DNA of 64,000 bases from Actinomycetota bacterium. Its GTDB lineage: Bacteria > Actinomycetota > UBA4738 > HRBIN12. The translations under genes were made by a program, and so were the position numbers. Positions 26,976 through 36,355 of this stretch are shown here, piece by piece; the first letter of the stretch is position 1, and the number at the start of each line of letters is the position of its first letter. Where the stretch lies: contig DASTBT010000129.1 of assembly GCA_035711865.1 (NCBI GenBank), positions 10,343 through 74,342 on the forward strand, read 5' to 3'. Under the pieces are notes generated by a model. The model ran no database searches. It was not told the DNA's origin and was given only the letters and a program-made list of their open reading frames with translations.

Positions 26976-27923
26976 TCAGCCGAACAGCAGCACCGCCGCG
27001 ACCATCGTCGCGATCGAGAGCACCGTGCTGGCGATGAGCGCCGACGCCGACTCGGATTCGTAGGCGCCGTACCGCACGGCGAACATGGGTCCGACCACCG
27101 ACGCGGGCATGGCGGTGAGGATCACGGCCTCGCTCTTCGCGACGCCGGTGATGCCCAACACGGCGGCGATGCCGATCATCGCCGCCGGCTGTGCGACGTT
27201 CTTGATGATCGCGAGCGCGATCGGCTCGACGCCGAACGTCACGCGGAACCGCGCGATGATCAGCCCAGATGCGAACAGCGCGACGGCCGACGTGGCCTGC
27301 CCGATGAGGTCGAGGCTCGCGTCGAAGGGTTCCGGGGGATCGAACCCCACCAGGACGAGCGCCAGCGCGAGGAAGGGCGACCACACGATCGACCTCGAGG
27401 CCGTGGTGATCAGCACCCGGCGGAGCACGGTGCCGAAGCTCTGGTCCTCGTCGGTGGGACGGGTCCCCCACTCCAGGATCACGATCGCCACCGGCAGGAT
27501 CACGGCGTTGACCGCGATCGCGTAGAGCGAGATCGCGAGCGAGCTGCTCGACTTCCGGAACAAGGCGTCGAGGATGGGGGTGCCCATGAACGCGGCGGTG
27601 GGGACCGCGATCATCAGCGCGATGATCGCGCTCGAGGCGAGGTCCCGCCTCAGCACGGTGCGACCGAGCACCAGCCCGAGCCCCATGAACAGCAGTTGCA
27701 CCGCCGTGACGCCGATGAACAACGCCACGTCGCCCAGCAGCGCTGAGCGTGGCGTCGCGACGACGCCGACGAACACCATCGCCGGGAGGGCGAACCCCAG
27801 CACGAACTCGTTGAAGCCCTCGACCTGGTCGGCATCGAAGATCTTCCGCGCTCCGGCCAGGTACCCGAGGCCGATCACCACGAACACGGGGATCAGCACG
27901 GAGATGATGTCGGCGACGCTCAT
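26976..27923 (-). CDS. AEC (auxin efflux carrier) family transporter
   Basis: ATG at 27923 inside ORF 26976..28016 (MSVADIISVLIPVFVVIGLGYLAGARKIF...). About 10 TM. Confidence 0.85.
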   Translation of the reverse strand: MSVADIISVLIPVFVVIGLGYLAGARKIFDADQVEGFNEFVLGFALPAMVFVGVVATPRSALLGDVALFIGVTAVQLLFMGLGLVLGRTVLRRDLASSAIIALMIAVPTAAFMGTPILDALFRKSSSSLAISLYAIAVNAVILPVAIVILEWGTRPTDEDQSFGTVLRRVLITTASRSIVWSPFLALALVLVGFDPPEPFDASLDLIGQATSAVALFASGLIIARFRVTFGVEPIALAIIKNVAQPAAMIGIAAVLGITGVAKSEAVILTAMPASVVGPMFAVRYGAYESESASALIASTVLSIATMVAAVLLFG

Positions 27924-27985
27924 GTGGGTCTGCACGCTAACGCGTCCCGGGCGCCGCGCGTCGACGATCCGGTGTTCCGTCGGCG

Positions 27986-28948
27986 TCAGCCCGCCGGCTC
28001 GAGGGCGCCCAGCCATCGATCGAATCGACCGTCCGCCGAACCCTCTGCCACCGTGGCGAGCTGCCGTTCAGCGGCCGCCGCCTCGGCCGACGAAGCCGGC
28101 GGAGACTCGGAGAGCGTCCGCATCGCGGCGAGGTAGGTGGCCGTCATCCGCATCAGCATGAGCCGCGATCGGCCGGCGTCGTCCACCGCTCCGAAGTAGA
28201 GCCGGAGCATCGCCTCGCGCTGGTCCGCGGTGAGGGCGAGGTGTTCGGCCAGGCTGCCGAGGTCCTCGAACGGATCCCCGGCGCCGGCCCACCGATAGTC
28301 CACGATCTGCACCTGATCGCGGTCGAGGAACAGGCTCGACGGCGTGAGATCGCCATGGATCGTGACCGCCGCGCGGCTCGGTGCGACCGTCACCTCGGCG
28401 ATGCTTCGGATGGCTTCGGTGGCGACCGGCTCGGACCCGGGCATCGACGTGCCTCGGGCGATGGCGGCGCGGCGCAGGTCGCGAGCCTCTCGGAACGCCG
28501 AGCGTTCGCCGGTGGGAAGGGGGCACGAATGCAGGGCTCTGACCGACCCCACGAGCGACGGCAGGACGCCGTCTCGGTCGAGGTCCCGAGGCGTGAGATG
28601 GCGACCGGGTGCGAAGCGGGTGATGAGGCAACCCAGCTGGGGCATCGACGCGACCACGTCGGGCGCCACGCCGGCGCTCGCCGCCGCCCGGGCCACCTCG
28701 AGCTCGACCGACGGATCCGTGTACGGCCGGTTGCCGGAGGGGGAGGTGAGTCGGAGCACCGACAGCTCCTCGCCGACCCCGACCAGGTAGTGACGTTCGT
28801 CGTGTCCGATCGACACCGGCGTCACGTCGACCGCGTGGCCGCGCCACGCGCCCACAGCGCGGATCGCCGCCTCGAGCCGTGGATCGCGGCCTCGCCCCAT
28901 GGGCTCCGACCGTACGAGGCGCGCTTCGCGAAGGTCAACGTCGAGCAT
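27986..28948 (-). CDS. phosphotransferase family protein (APH/choline-kinase fold)
   Basis: VTIHGDLTPSSLFLD (Brenner-type HGD motif) and IVDYRWAGAGDPFEDLG. Start at ATG 28948 or 28900. The remainder of ORF 27986..29338 is an upstream extension antisense to cspA. Confidence 0.75.
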   Translation of the reverse strand: MLDVDLREARLVRSEPMGRGRDPRLEAAIRAVGAWRGHAVDVTPVSIGHDERHYLVGVGEELSVLRLTSPSGNRPYTDPSVELEVARAAASAGVAPDVVASMPQLGCLITRFAPGRHLTPRDLDRDGVLPSLVGSVRALHSCPLPTGERSAFREARDLRRAAIARGTSMPGSEPVATEAIRSIAEVTVAPSRAAVTIHGDLTPSSLFLDRDQVQIVDYRWAGAGDPFEDLGSLAEHLALTADQREAMLRLYFGAVDDAGRSRLMLMRMTATYLAAMRTLSESPPASSAEAAAAERQLATVAEGSADGRFDRWLGALEPAG

Positions 28949-29116
28949 CCGTCGGTGTGGTCCAACCGGTGCCGTTCCTGCTAGCGTTGTCGCCTGAGGG
29001 CACCGATCGCGGTTTGATGCTTCGAGCAGTTCCCTCACCCGGCTGTCACGGCCGGCGCCGACGGGCCAGCAGCATGCACGATGCCCGATCCGGCGGAAGG
29101 AAGGAGGGGATCGCAC

Positions 29117-29320
29117 GTGGCAACAGGAACCGTGAAGTGGTTCAGCTCCGAGAAGGGCTTCGGCTTCATCACCCCTGATGACGGCAGCGCAGATGTGTTC
29201 GTGCACTTCAGCGCGATCCAGGGTGAGGGCTACCGGAACCTCGACGAGAACCAGAAGGTCGAGTACGAGGTGACCCAAGGCCAGAAGGGCCCGCAGGCGG
29301 CCAACGTCCGCGGCGTCTGA
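29117..29320 (+). CDS. cspA: cold-shock protein
   Basis: GTG at 29117 with AAGGAGGGGA (29101-29110) upstream. RNP1 KGFGFI and RNP2 VFVHFS motifs. 67 aa. Confidence 0.95.
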   Translation: MATGTVKWFSSEKGFGFITPDDGSADVFVHFSAIQGEGYRNLDENQKVEYEVTQGQKGPQAANVRGV

Positions 29321-29340
29321 GACCTTCTCGCGTCTCACGA

Positions 29341-29380
29341 ACGGGGCCGGCGCTTCGCGCCGGCCCCGTTCTCCGTTCTA
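29341..29380 (+). terminator. intrinsic terminator downstream of cspA
   Basis: Perfect 13-bp GC stem ACGGGGCCGGCGC (29341-29353) / GCGCCGGCCCCGT (29357-29369), followed by a T-rich tail TTCTCCGTTCT. Confidence 0.6.
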
Positions 29381-29393
29381 GAGTCCGCGACGG

Positions 29394-30704
29394 ATGGGTC
29401 GTCGATCCCCGCTGATGGCCTGCGCCTCTGGGCGCCGGCTCGCTGCGTTCGTCCTGGTGGTCGCCTGCGCGTGCTCGGCCTCGCCGGGTGCGCCGGATCG
29501 ACCCGACAGCACACCGACGCCGCCGGCGGCTCAGGCACCGTCGTCTCCGTCCCTCTCGGCGCCTCCTGCGCCCGCTCCGGACGAACCGATCATCACGGTC
29601 CGGGTCTCGCACGCTCCGTGGACCGCAGCGATCGAGGCGACGGTCGGTGCGGCCGACGTCTCGGTCGCGGTCGGGACGGGGAGTCACATCCGCTTCCTGC
29701 ATCTCGGCGAGAAGAGGCGCATCCCTGCCTCGAACCAGAAGCTGCTGACCTCGATGACCGCGCTCGACACGTGGGGAGCTTCGTTCCGGTTCCCCACGAC
29801 CGCCGTCGCCCGGAAGGCGTCACGAGGAGGTCTGATCGGCGGAGACCTGTTCCTCGTCGGGTCCGGCGATCCCGAGGTCGATGCTTCGGTGATCGCTCGG
29901 CTGGCCGACAGGATCCGTGCCGCGGGTGTCCGTCGGATCGACGGGTCCGTAGTGGGCGACACCACGGCGTTCTCCCGGGAGTGGTGGGCGCCCGGTTGGG
30001 TGCCGGGGCTCTCGCGGAGCTTCGTGAACCGGACGACCGCGCTTGCGTTCGAGGGGAACGCGGGCGCCCTCCCCGAACTGGCGGCCGCTCGGTCGTTGAC
30101 CGCCTCGCTCGAGGCTCTCGGCGTCGTCGTCGCGGGCGAGCCGGAAGCGGGTGAAGCCCCCGACTCGGCCGCCGAGGTCACGCGCATCGCGTCGGCGCCG
30201 CTCGCGACGTTGCTGGCTACACAGAATCACGGCTCGGTGAACTTCTACGCCGAGTCGATGCTCAAGGCGCTCGGAGCGGAAGCGACGAACGGGGTCGGAT
30301 CGACCGAGGCGGGAGCGGCGGCCGTCGAACGATGGGCCGCCGACCGGGGCGAGAGCGTCCAGGTCCGCGACGGGTCGGGCCTCTCGCACGAAGACCGCAT
30401 CTCGGCTCGGAGCCTCGTGAGCCTGTTGCTGCTGGCCCGTCGCGCGCCCTGGGGTAACACACTCGTAACGTCGCTTCCCGGTCCGGGCGAGGGCACCCTC
30501 GGACGTCGCCTGATCGGTCTCCCCGTGCACGCGAAGACGGGGACGTTGTTCGAGGTGCCGGTCTCGTCGCTCGCCGGGTACGTCGTCGACGCGTCCGGCA
30601 GCCCCGTCGCATTCGCATCGATCTCAAGGGGTCTCGACAAGGCAGCGGCGACCGTGATCGAAGACGAGATCGTCCGCGTGATCGCCGGCGCGAGGGTCGG
30701 ATGA
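29394..30704 (+). CDS. D-alanyl-D-alanine carboxypeptidase/endopeptidase (PBP4, peptidase S13)
   Basis: Signal/lipobox-like N-terminus (LAAFVLVVACACS), SxxK motif in IPASNQKLLTSMTAL, and S13-type length and pattern (GDPEVD, KTGTL). Confidence 0.85.
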   Translation: MGRRSPLMACASGRRLAAFVLVVACACSASPGAPDRPDSTPTPPAAQAPSSPSLSAPPAPAPDEPIITVRVSHAPWTAAIEATVGAADVSVAVGTGSHIRFLHLGEKRRIPASNQKLLTSMTALDTWGASFRFPTTAVARKASRGGLIGGDLFLVGSGDPEVDASVIARLADRIRAAGVRRIDGSVVGDTTAFSREWWAPGWVPGLSRSFVNRTTALAFEGNAGALPELAAARSLTASLEALGVVVAGEPEAGEAPDSAAEVTRIASAPLATLLATQNHGSVNFYAESMLKALGAEATNGVGSTEAGAAAVERWAADRGESVQVRDGSGLSHEDRISARSLVSLLLLARRAPWGNTLVTSLPGPGEGTLGRRLIGLPVHAKTGTLFEVPVSSLAGYVVDASGSPVAFASISRGLDKAAATVIEDEIVRVIAGARVG

Positions 30705-30724
30705 GCCGGGACCGTGCGCTCGCG

Positions 30725-32308
30725 CTACCCAGGGTCGACGGGCTCGTCGTCGCTGCTCGATCCTGCGGTCAAGCCGAACTCGGGCCGCAAGGTCGGGAAC
30801 AGGATCACGTCTCGGATCGATCCCACGCCGGCGATCAGCATCACGAGCCGGTCGATGCCGATGCCCAGCCCGCCCGTGCACGGCATGCCGTACTCCAACG
30901 CCCGCACGTAGTCGAGATCGACGTCGCCGGCCTCGGGATCGCCCTCTTGCTTGGCGCGCGCTTCCACCTCGAACGCCTCGAGCTGCAGGACCGGGTCGTT
31001 CTGCTCGCTGTAGGCGTTGCAGAGCTCGTGCCCGCCCACGATGAGCTCGAACCGCTCCACGTAGCCGGGCTCGGTGCGATGGGCCCGCGCGAGCGGTGAG
31101 ACCTCCTGCGGGTAGTCTAGGCAGAAGAGCGGCCCACGGAGCGTGTGCTGGACACGCTCGTCGAAGACCGTGGTCATCAGGCGGCCGGCGCCCCATTCCG
31201 GTTCCCACGCCAGTTCCATGTCGTCGAGGATCCTTCGAGCGTCGGCGACCTGCATCGTCGGATCCATCACGACCCCGGTCTCGTCCTCGATCAGGTCGAC
31301 CATGCGCACTCGGGGCCACGGCGGGGTCAGATCGAGCGGCTCGTCGTCGAGGAGGACCTCGAGCGAGCCGTGGAGCGCCTGCGCCGTGGCGTGCACGATG
31401 AGGCCTTCGGTGAGTTCCATCATGTCGTGGTAGTCCCCATAGGCCATATAGGCCTCCAGCATGGTGAACTCGGGGTTGTGGGCGGTGTCGATGCCCTCGT
31501 TGCGGAACACGCGCCCGATCTCGAACACCCGCTCCATGCCGCCGACGATCAGTCGCTTGAGATGCAGCTCGAGGGCGATCCGGAGGTACAGGTCGAGGTC
31601 CAGCGCGTTGTGATGAGTGGTGAACGGCCGGGCCGACGCGCCGCCCTGGACGGTCGAGAGCATGGGGCCTTCGACCTCCCAGTAGCCCTGGCCCTCGAGG
31701 TACTCACGGATCGCGGCGAGCACCTTCCGTCGGATGGCGAAGATCTCGCGGGTGCGCTCGTTCGCGATCAGGTCGACGTAGCGCTGGCGCAACCTCGTAT
31801 CGGCGTCGGTCAGACCGCGCCACTTGTCGGGCAAGGGCCGGATCGCCTTGCCCAGCAACGTGAAACCGTCGACGTTGACCGACAGCTCGCCTCGGCGCGT
31901 GGTCATCACCGTTCCTGCTGCGCCGATCCAGTCACCACGGTCGAGATGGTCGAACTCCCGGTGGCGCTCGGCGCCGACCTTCTTGGAGTCGACGAACAGC
32001 TGGATGTGTCCGGTCCGGTCTTGCAGCGTCGCGAACGTCAATCCGCCCTGGCGCCGTACGAGCATGAGGCGGCCCGCGACCTTCACCCGGTCGTCGGTTG
32101 CGCTGCCCGCCGCAAGGCCGGCGTAGCGATCGTGCAGCTCGGCGGCGTGCTGATCGGGGTCGTACCGAGGCGGGTACGGGTCGATCCCCGCGGCGGCCAT
32201 CGCCTCGATCTTTCCGAGTCGGATGTCGCGCTGGCTCTCGTGCTCCTCCGCTTCGTGAGCTTCCTGCTCGTGCTCCTCGGCGGGACGATCGGTTCGGTCG
32301 TCGCTCAT
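30725..32308 (-). CDS. lysS: lysine--tRNA ligase (class II)
   Basis: ATG at 32308 (MSDDRTDRP...). OB anticodon-binding domain (VKVAGRLMLVRRQGGLTFATLQDRTG) and class II motifs (FRNEGIDTAHNPEFTMLE, GGLGIGIDRLVM). Confidence 0.95.
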   Translation of the reverse strand: MSDDRTDRPAEEHEQEAHEAEEHESQRDIRLGKIEAMAAAGIDPYPPRYDPDQHAAELHDRYAGLAAGSATDDRVKVAGRLMLVRRQGGLTFATLQDRTGHIQLFVDSKKVGAERHREFDHLDRGDWIGAAGTVMTTRRGELSVNVDGFTLLGKAIRPLPDKWRGLTDADTRLRQRYVDLIANERTREIFAIRRKVLAAIREYLEGQGYWEVEGPMLSTVQGGASARPFTTHHNALDLDLYLRIALELHLKRLIVGGMERVFEIGRVFRNEGIDTAHNPEFTMLEAYMAYGDYHDMMELTEGLIVHATAQALHGSLEVLLDDEPLDLTPPWPRVRMVDLIEDETGVVMDPTMQVADARRILDDMELAWEPEWGAGRLMTTVFDERVQHTLRGPLFCLDYPQEVSPLARAHRTEPGYVERFELIVGGHELCNAYSEQNDPVLQLEAFEVEARAKQEGDPEAGDVDLDYVRALEYGMPCTGGLGIGIDRLVMLIAGVGSIRDVILFPTLRPEFGLTAGSSSDDEPVDPG

Positions 32309-32478
32309 CGGTGCGAGCGATGGTAGCGGGGCCGTGCCGGTCCTGCCCGTATGGACCGCCAAGCGCACAGCCGCCGGAGGATGGGCCCGTCCGCTCGGGA
32401 TGACTTGCGCTCCAGCGCTCCTACCGACTAGCCTCGCATCGCCTGGCTGCCCGGTCGGGCGCGGACGAGGGGGGACCT

Positions 32479-32910
32479 ATGAGCATGACGAGCATCAAAC
32501 GGCCTGGAGTGGTGACGTTCATCGGCGTCATCCTCTACATCCAGGCCGCCCTGGCGGCGGTCGCGGCGATCATGGCGTTCGCGTACAAGTCGCGGCTGGC
32601 CGATGCGATCTCGGCGCAGAGCGGGGTCGAGTTCTCGGGCGACAACCTGATCTGGCTGGGCGTGATCGAGGCGGTCATGGCCGTGGTCTTGTTCCTGGTG
32701 GCGTCGGGCATCATGCGCGGGAGCCGGGGCTACCGTGCCTTCGTCGCGATCGTCGAGGGATTCCGCATGGTCACGGCGTTCTTCTACATGTTGTGGCACC
32801 ACGACGGTCCGTGGATCGAGTCGGGCATCGTCACGCTCCTGATCGGGGCGTTCGTGCTCTGGGCGCTGTACCACGAGAAGGCCGACGAGTTCTTCGAGGC
32901 GACCGGCTAG
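32479..32910 (+). CDS. integral membrane protein (4 TM), unknown function
   Basis: 143 aa with four hydrophobic helices. GGGGGA SD-like run upstream. Confidence 0.6.
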   Translation: MSMTSIKRPGVVTFIGVILYIQAALAAVAAIMAFAYKSRLADAISAQSGVEFSGDNLIWLGVIEAVMAVVLFLVASGIMRGSRGYRAFVAIVEGFRMVTAFFYMLWHHDGPWIESGIVTLLIGAFVLWALYHEKADEFFEATG

Positions 32911-32991
32911 GCAACGCGACGACGCATCACGACGGCCGCCGGCTTCGCCGGCGGCCGTCCATCGTTCCGGCGGTGCCAGGGGAGAAGAACG

Positions 32992-33666
32992 ATGGGACAG
33001 GCGATCGGTGAGGTCCTCCCGATGGCGGTGGGGGTCGCGATCAGCCCCGTGCCGATCATCGCCGTGATCTTGATGTTGTTCACGGACAGGGCACGTCGGG
33101 ACAGTCTCGCGTTTCTGCTCGGATGGCTCGTGGCGATGGCGCTCGCCCTCGGGGTGCTGATCGCGGTGGCATCGACCCAGGAACTCGGCGCGGGAAGTGA
33201 GCCGTCCGACTCGGTCTCGTGGGCCAAGACGATCCTGGGTGCCCTCTCGATCCTGCTCGCGGTGAGGGAATGGCGACGTCGACCGCCGCCGGGCACCGAG
33301 GCGACGATGCCGGCGTGGATGGAGAAGATCGACGCGACGAAGCCGGCCGCGGCGCTCGGGCTCGCCCTCGCGCTGTCGGTCGTCAACCCGAAGAACCTGC
33401 TGTTGATCGCTGGGGGTGCGGTCGCGATCGCTCAAGCCGATCTGAGCTCGAGCGAGACGGCGGTCGCGATCCTCACCTTCACCGCGATCGGTGCTCTCGG
33501 CGTCGCGGTCCCGACGCTCGGCTATCTGTTCAAGGGCGCGGCTATCCAGCCCACGCTCGATCGCTCGAAGGCGTGGCTCGCGGCGAACAACACGGCGGTC
33601 ATGGCCGTGCTGCTGCTCGTGATCGGCGCGACCCTGCTCGGGAAGGGCCTCAGCTCCTTGCTGTGA
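32992..33666 (+). CDS. GAP family membrane protein
   Basis: MGQAIGEVLPMAVGVAISPVPIIAVILML is the typical N-terminus of the GAP (Sap-like) family. 6 TM. Confidence 0.7.
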   Translation: MGQAIGEVLPMAVGVAISPVPIIAVILMLFTDRARRDSLAFLLGWLVAMALALGVLIAVASTQELGAGSEPSDSVSWAKTILGALSILLAVREWRRRPPPGTEATMPAWMEKIDATKPAAALGLALALSVVNPKNLLLIAGGAVAIAQADLSSSETAVAILTFTAIGALGVAVPTLGYLFKGAAIQPTLDRSKAWLAANNTAVMAVLLLVIGATLLGKGLSSLL

Positions 33667-33675
33667 CGGGCGCAC

Positions 33676-34410
33676 TCACAAGGCCTGCAACCCCAGCGAC
33701 GCTGCGAAGCCGACCACGACCAGGGTTCCCGTGAAGACGCCCTCGACCTCGTAAGCCTCGGGCAGCAACGTGTCGGCGAGCATCGCGAGCAACGCGCCGG
33801 CGGCGAACGCCTGCGCAGCCGCGTCGGCCCGACCGGTGTCTGGGCCGAGCAGCACCGAGCCCAGCGCGGCGCTGACCGCCGAGACCAGGATCACGCCGCC
33901 CCACATCAGGAAGACTCGCCTGCGGGGCCACCCCGCGATCCGCAAGCCGCTCGACGAGGCCATGCCTTCGGGCAGGTTTGACAGAACGATGCCGACGAAC
34001 AGCGAGGCGCTGATGCCGCCTCCGATGGCCGTCAACCCGAGCACGAACGATTCGGGGATGCCGTCGAGCACCGAACCGAGCACGATCGCCAACGGCGAAC
34101 CATCGGCCTGCGCGCCGGTGGGATCCTTCCGCTCGGAGCCACCCCTGCGCGCGAGCAGCCAGTCACCGAACGTGAACGCGCAGGCGCCCACCAAGACGAG
34201 TGCGGCGACCCACACGACGTCGCTCGAAGCGATCGCATCGTCGACCAACTCGTAGGAGACCGACCCGAGCAACACGCCGGTTCCGACCGCCATCACGACC
34301 GCGATCACGACGCGTCCGGGGTGGCTCAGATACGCGATCACCGCTCCGACGAGCAACGCCGAGGCTCCCGCGGCGCCCCAGAGGAAGGCCGTGATCATCG
34401 CCGGGGCCAT
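33676..34410 (-). CDS. ZIP family metal transporter
   Basis: ATG at 34410 inside ORF 33676..35142. ZupT-like pattern ([20 protein letters not shown]). Confidence 0.85.
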   Translation of the reverse strand: MAPAMITAFLWGAAGASALLVGAVIAYLSHPGRVVIAVVMAVGTGVLLGSVSYELVDDAIASSDVVWVAALVLVGACAFTFGDWLLARRGGSERKDPTGAQADGSPLAIVLGSVLDGIPESFVLGLTAIGGGISASLFVGIVLSNLPEGMASSSGLRIAGWPRRRVFLMWGGVILVSAVSAALGSVLLGPDTGRADAAAQAFAAGALLAMLADTLLPEAYEVEGVFTGTLVVVGFAASLGLQAL

Positions 34411-34533
34411 CCGAACCGAGAGGGCTGGCGCACCCGCGGGAGCATACGCTGACAGGGAGTTCGGGACGAGATGTCTGTGCGGCGGTTCCTCGTTCGTCTC
34501 ACACGCGACCATCCCACCGAGGAGGAGGACGCG

Positions 34534-34893
34534 ATGAAGTACATGCTGTTGATCCACCAAGGCGACGCCCCCACGCCGCGGTCGCCCGAGGCATGGGCGA
34601 CCCTGTCCGAGGACGAGCAGCGGGCCGTCTACGCCGACTACCAGGCGATCAACGAGACCCCCGGCGTGACCCCCGGCCTGCAGCTCGACGAGCCCGCCAC
34701 GTCGACCACCGTGCGCGTGCAGGACGGGAAGACGCTCACCACCGACGGCCCGTTCGTCGAGATCAAGGAGTCGATCGGCGGCTACCTGCTCTTCGAGGCC
34801 AACGATCTCGACGCCGCGATCGAGGTTGCTGCGCGCGTGCCTGCGGCTCGTCTCGGCGGCGCGGTCGAGGTCCGCCCGATCGTGGAGTGGTAG
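34534..34893 (+). CDS. YciI-like (DGPF) protein
   Basis: ATG at 34534 with GGAGGAGGA upstream. MKYMLLIH..., [20 protein letters not shown] motif. Confidence 0.85.
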   Translation: MKYMLLIHQGDAPTPRSPEAWATLSEDEQRAVYADYQAINETPGVTPGLQLDEPATSTTVRVQDGKTLTTDGPFVEIKESIGGYLLFEANDLDAAIEVAARVPAARLGGAVEVRPIVEW

Positions 34894-36137
34894 CCACGAC
34901 CGCCACGACCGACCTCGATCAGGTCTTCCGCGACCGGTGGGGGTACGTGCTGGCCTCCCTGATCGGCTTCCTCGGCGACGTCGACCTCGCCGAGGAAGCC
35001 GCACAGGAGGCGTTCGCGATCGCCGCGGAGCGGTGGCCGCGCGACGGCGCGCCGACCGGCCCCGGCGCGTGGCTCGTGACCACCGCACGCCGGAGGGCGA
35101 TCGACCGCATCCGCCGCGATCGCACGCTCGCCTCGAAGACACGACTGCTGGCGAACGAGCCGGTGGAGGAGACGATGGTTCCCACGACCTTCCCGGACGA
35201 GCGGCTCGAGCTGATCTTCATGTGCTGCCACCCGGCCCTCTCGACCGAGGCGCAGGTCGCGCTGACGTTGCGGACGCTCGGCGGGCTCACCACCGGCGAG
35301 ATCGCCCGGGCGTTCTTGGTGCCCGAGCCGACGATGTCCCAGCGGCTGGTGCGGGCCAAGCGCAAGATCGCGGCGGCGGGCATCCCGTTCCGGGTGCCGC
35401 CCGCTCATCTGCTGCCCGACCGGCTCGTGGCCGTGCTGGCGGTGGTCTATCTGATCTTCAACCAGGGGTACGGCGGACGGAGCGATCTCGCGGCCGAGGC
35501 GATCCGGCTGGGACGGGCGCTCGCCGAGCTGATGCCCGACGAGTCTGAGGTGACCGGGCTCTTGGCGATGATGCTGCTGCTCGATGCGCGACGCGAGGCA
35601 CGGTTCGAGGGCGACGAGATCGTGCTGCTCGCCGAACAGGACCGCTCACGGTGGAACCTGGAGCAGATCGCGGAAGGCCGCGCGACGCTCGACCGGGCGC
35701 TCGCGTTGCACGGCCAGGGGCCGTACGTCGTGCAGGCGGCGATCGCATCGCTGCACGCCGACGACCCACGGGACTGGGCGGAGATCGCCGGGCTCTACGG
35801 CGAGCTCTCCCGTCTGACCGACTCGCCGATCGTCGAGCTGAATCGGGCGGTCGCCGTCGCCGAGGTGGAAGGCCCGGAAGCCGGCCTCGCGATCGTCGAC
35901 CGATTGGACCTCGATCGATTCCGCTATCTGCACTCGACCAGAGCCGAGCTGCTCCGCCGACTCGGTCGCACCGAGGAAGCCCGCGACGCCCTGGACCGGG
36001 CGCTCGCGATGACCGACGACGACGCCGAGCGGCGGTTACTCGAACGGAAGCTCGCCGAGCTCGACGGGGGACCGGACCGACCACGATCCACGAAGATCCA
36101 TGACGGTCAAGGTTGCTGCCGATCGCGCCGAAGTTGA
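34887..36137 (+). CDS. ECF sigma factor with long C-terminal extension (ECF42-type)
   Basis: GTG at 34887 overlaps the YciI stop by 7 nt. Sigma2 ([16 protein letters not shown]...[16 protein letters not shown]) and sigma4 ([34 protein letters not shown]) regions, followed by about 230 aa of TPR-like extension. Confidence 0.85.
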   Translation: MVATTATTDLDQVFRDRWGYVLASLIGFLGDVDLAEEAAQEAFAIAAERWPRDGAPTGPGAWLVTTARRRAIDRIRRDRTLASKTRLLANEPVEETMVPTTFPDERLELIFMCCHPALSTEAQVALTLRTLGGLTTGEIARAFLVPEPTMSQRLVRAKRKIAAAGIPFRVPPAHLLPDRLVAVLAVVYLIFNQGYGGRSDLAAEAIRLGRALAELMPDESEVTGLLAMMLLLDARREARFEGDEIVLLAEQDRSRWNLEQIAEGRATLDRALALHGQGPYVVQAAIASLHADDPRDWAEIAGLYGELSRLTDSPIVELNRAVAVAEVEGPEAGLAIVDRLDLDRFRYLHSTRAELLRRLGRTEEARDALDRALAMTDDDAERRLLERKLAELDGGPDRPRSTKIHDGQGCCRSRRS

Positions 36138-36161
36138 CAGCGGAGCGGTCATCCCTAGACT
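36134..36161 (+). promoter_or_regulatory. putative sigma-A type promoter of the ilv leader
   Basis: TTGACA (36134-36139), 16-nt spacer, TAGACT (36156-36161). The -35 hexamer contains the sigma-factor stop codon (TGA 36135-36137). Confidence 0.45.
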
Positions 36162-36164
36162 GTC

Positions 36165-36224
36165 ATGACCATGTTCAGCGAGGACACGACCCCGAAGCGC
36201 ACGACCCTCGTACTTATCGCTTAG
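36165..36224 (+). CDS. ilv leader peptide (MTMFSEDTTPKRTTLVLIA)
   Basis: 19-codon ORF with no SD, starting 3 nt after the -10 element (second ATG at 36171). It ends with Leu-Val-Leu-Ile-Ala-stop directly in front of the attenuator hairpins. Confidence 0.6.
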   Translation: MTMFSEDTTPKRTTLVLIA

Positions 36225-36288
36225 GCGCGGCCAGGCCCAGGAGGCCTGCTGACCGCGCCGGACGCCCCCGCAACCGCGGGGGTTTTTT
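36224..36288 (+). terminator. attenuator: long hairpin followed by intrinsic terminator
   Basis: Hairpin A: GGCGCGG (36224-36230) pairs with CCGCGCC (36253-36259), with an inner stem 36232-36236/36244-36248. Terminator: CCCCCGC (36265-36271) pairs with GCGGGGG (36276-36282), followed by TTTTTT (36283-36288). Confidence 0.65.
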
Positions 36289-36355
36289 CTGCCCCGCCGC
36301 CAGCCCACGGGTTCGAGAACACACCGGGTGAGAGTCCGGAGACAAGGAGAACACC

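Noticed and set aside
29081-29116. Track start (position 29081) for the cold-shock protein, giving a 79-aa product.
   Set aside because: The SD AAGGAGGGGA sits at 29101-29110, inside that extension. GTG 29117 gives the canonical 67-aa Csp beginning VATGTVKWF.
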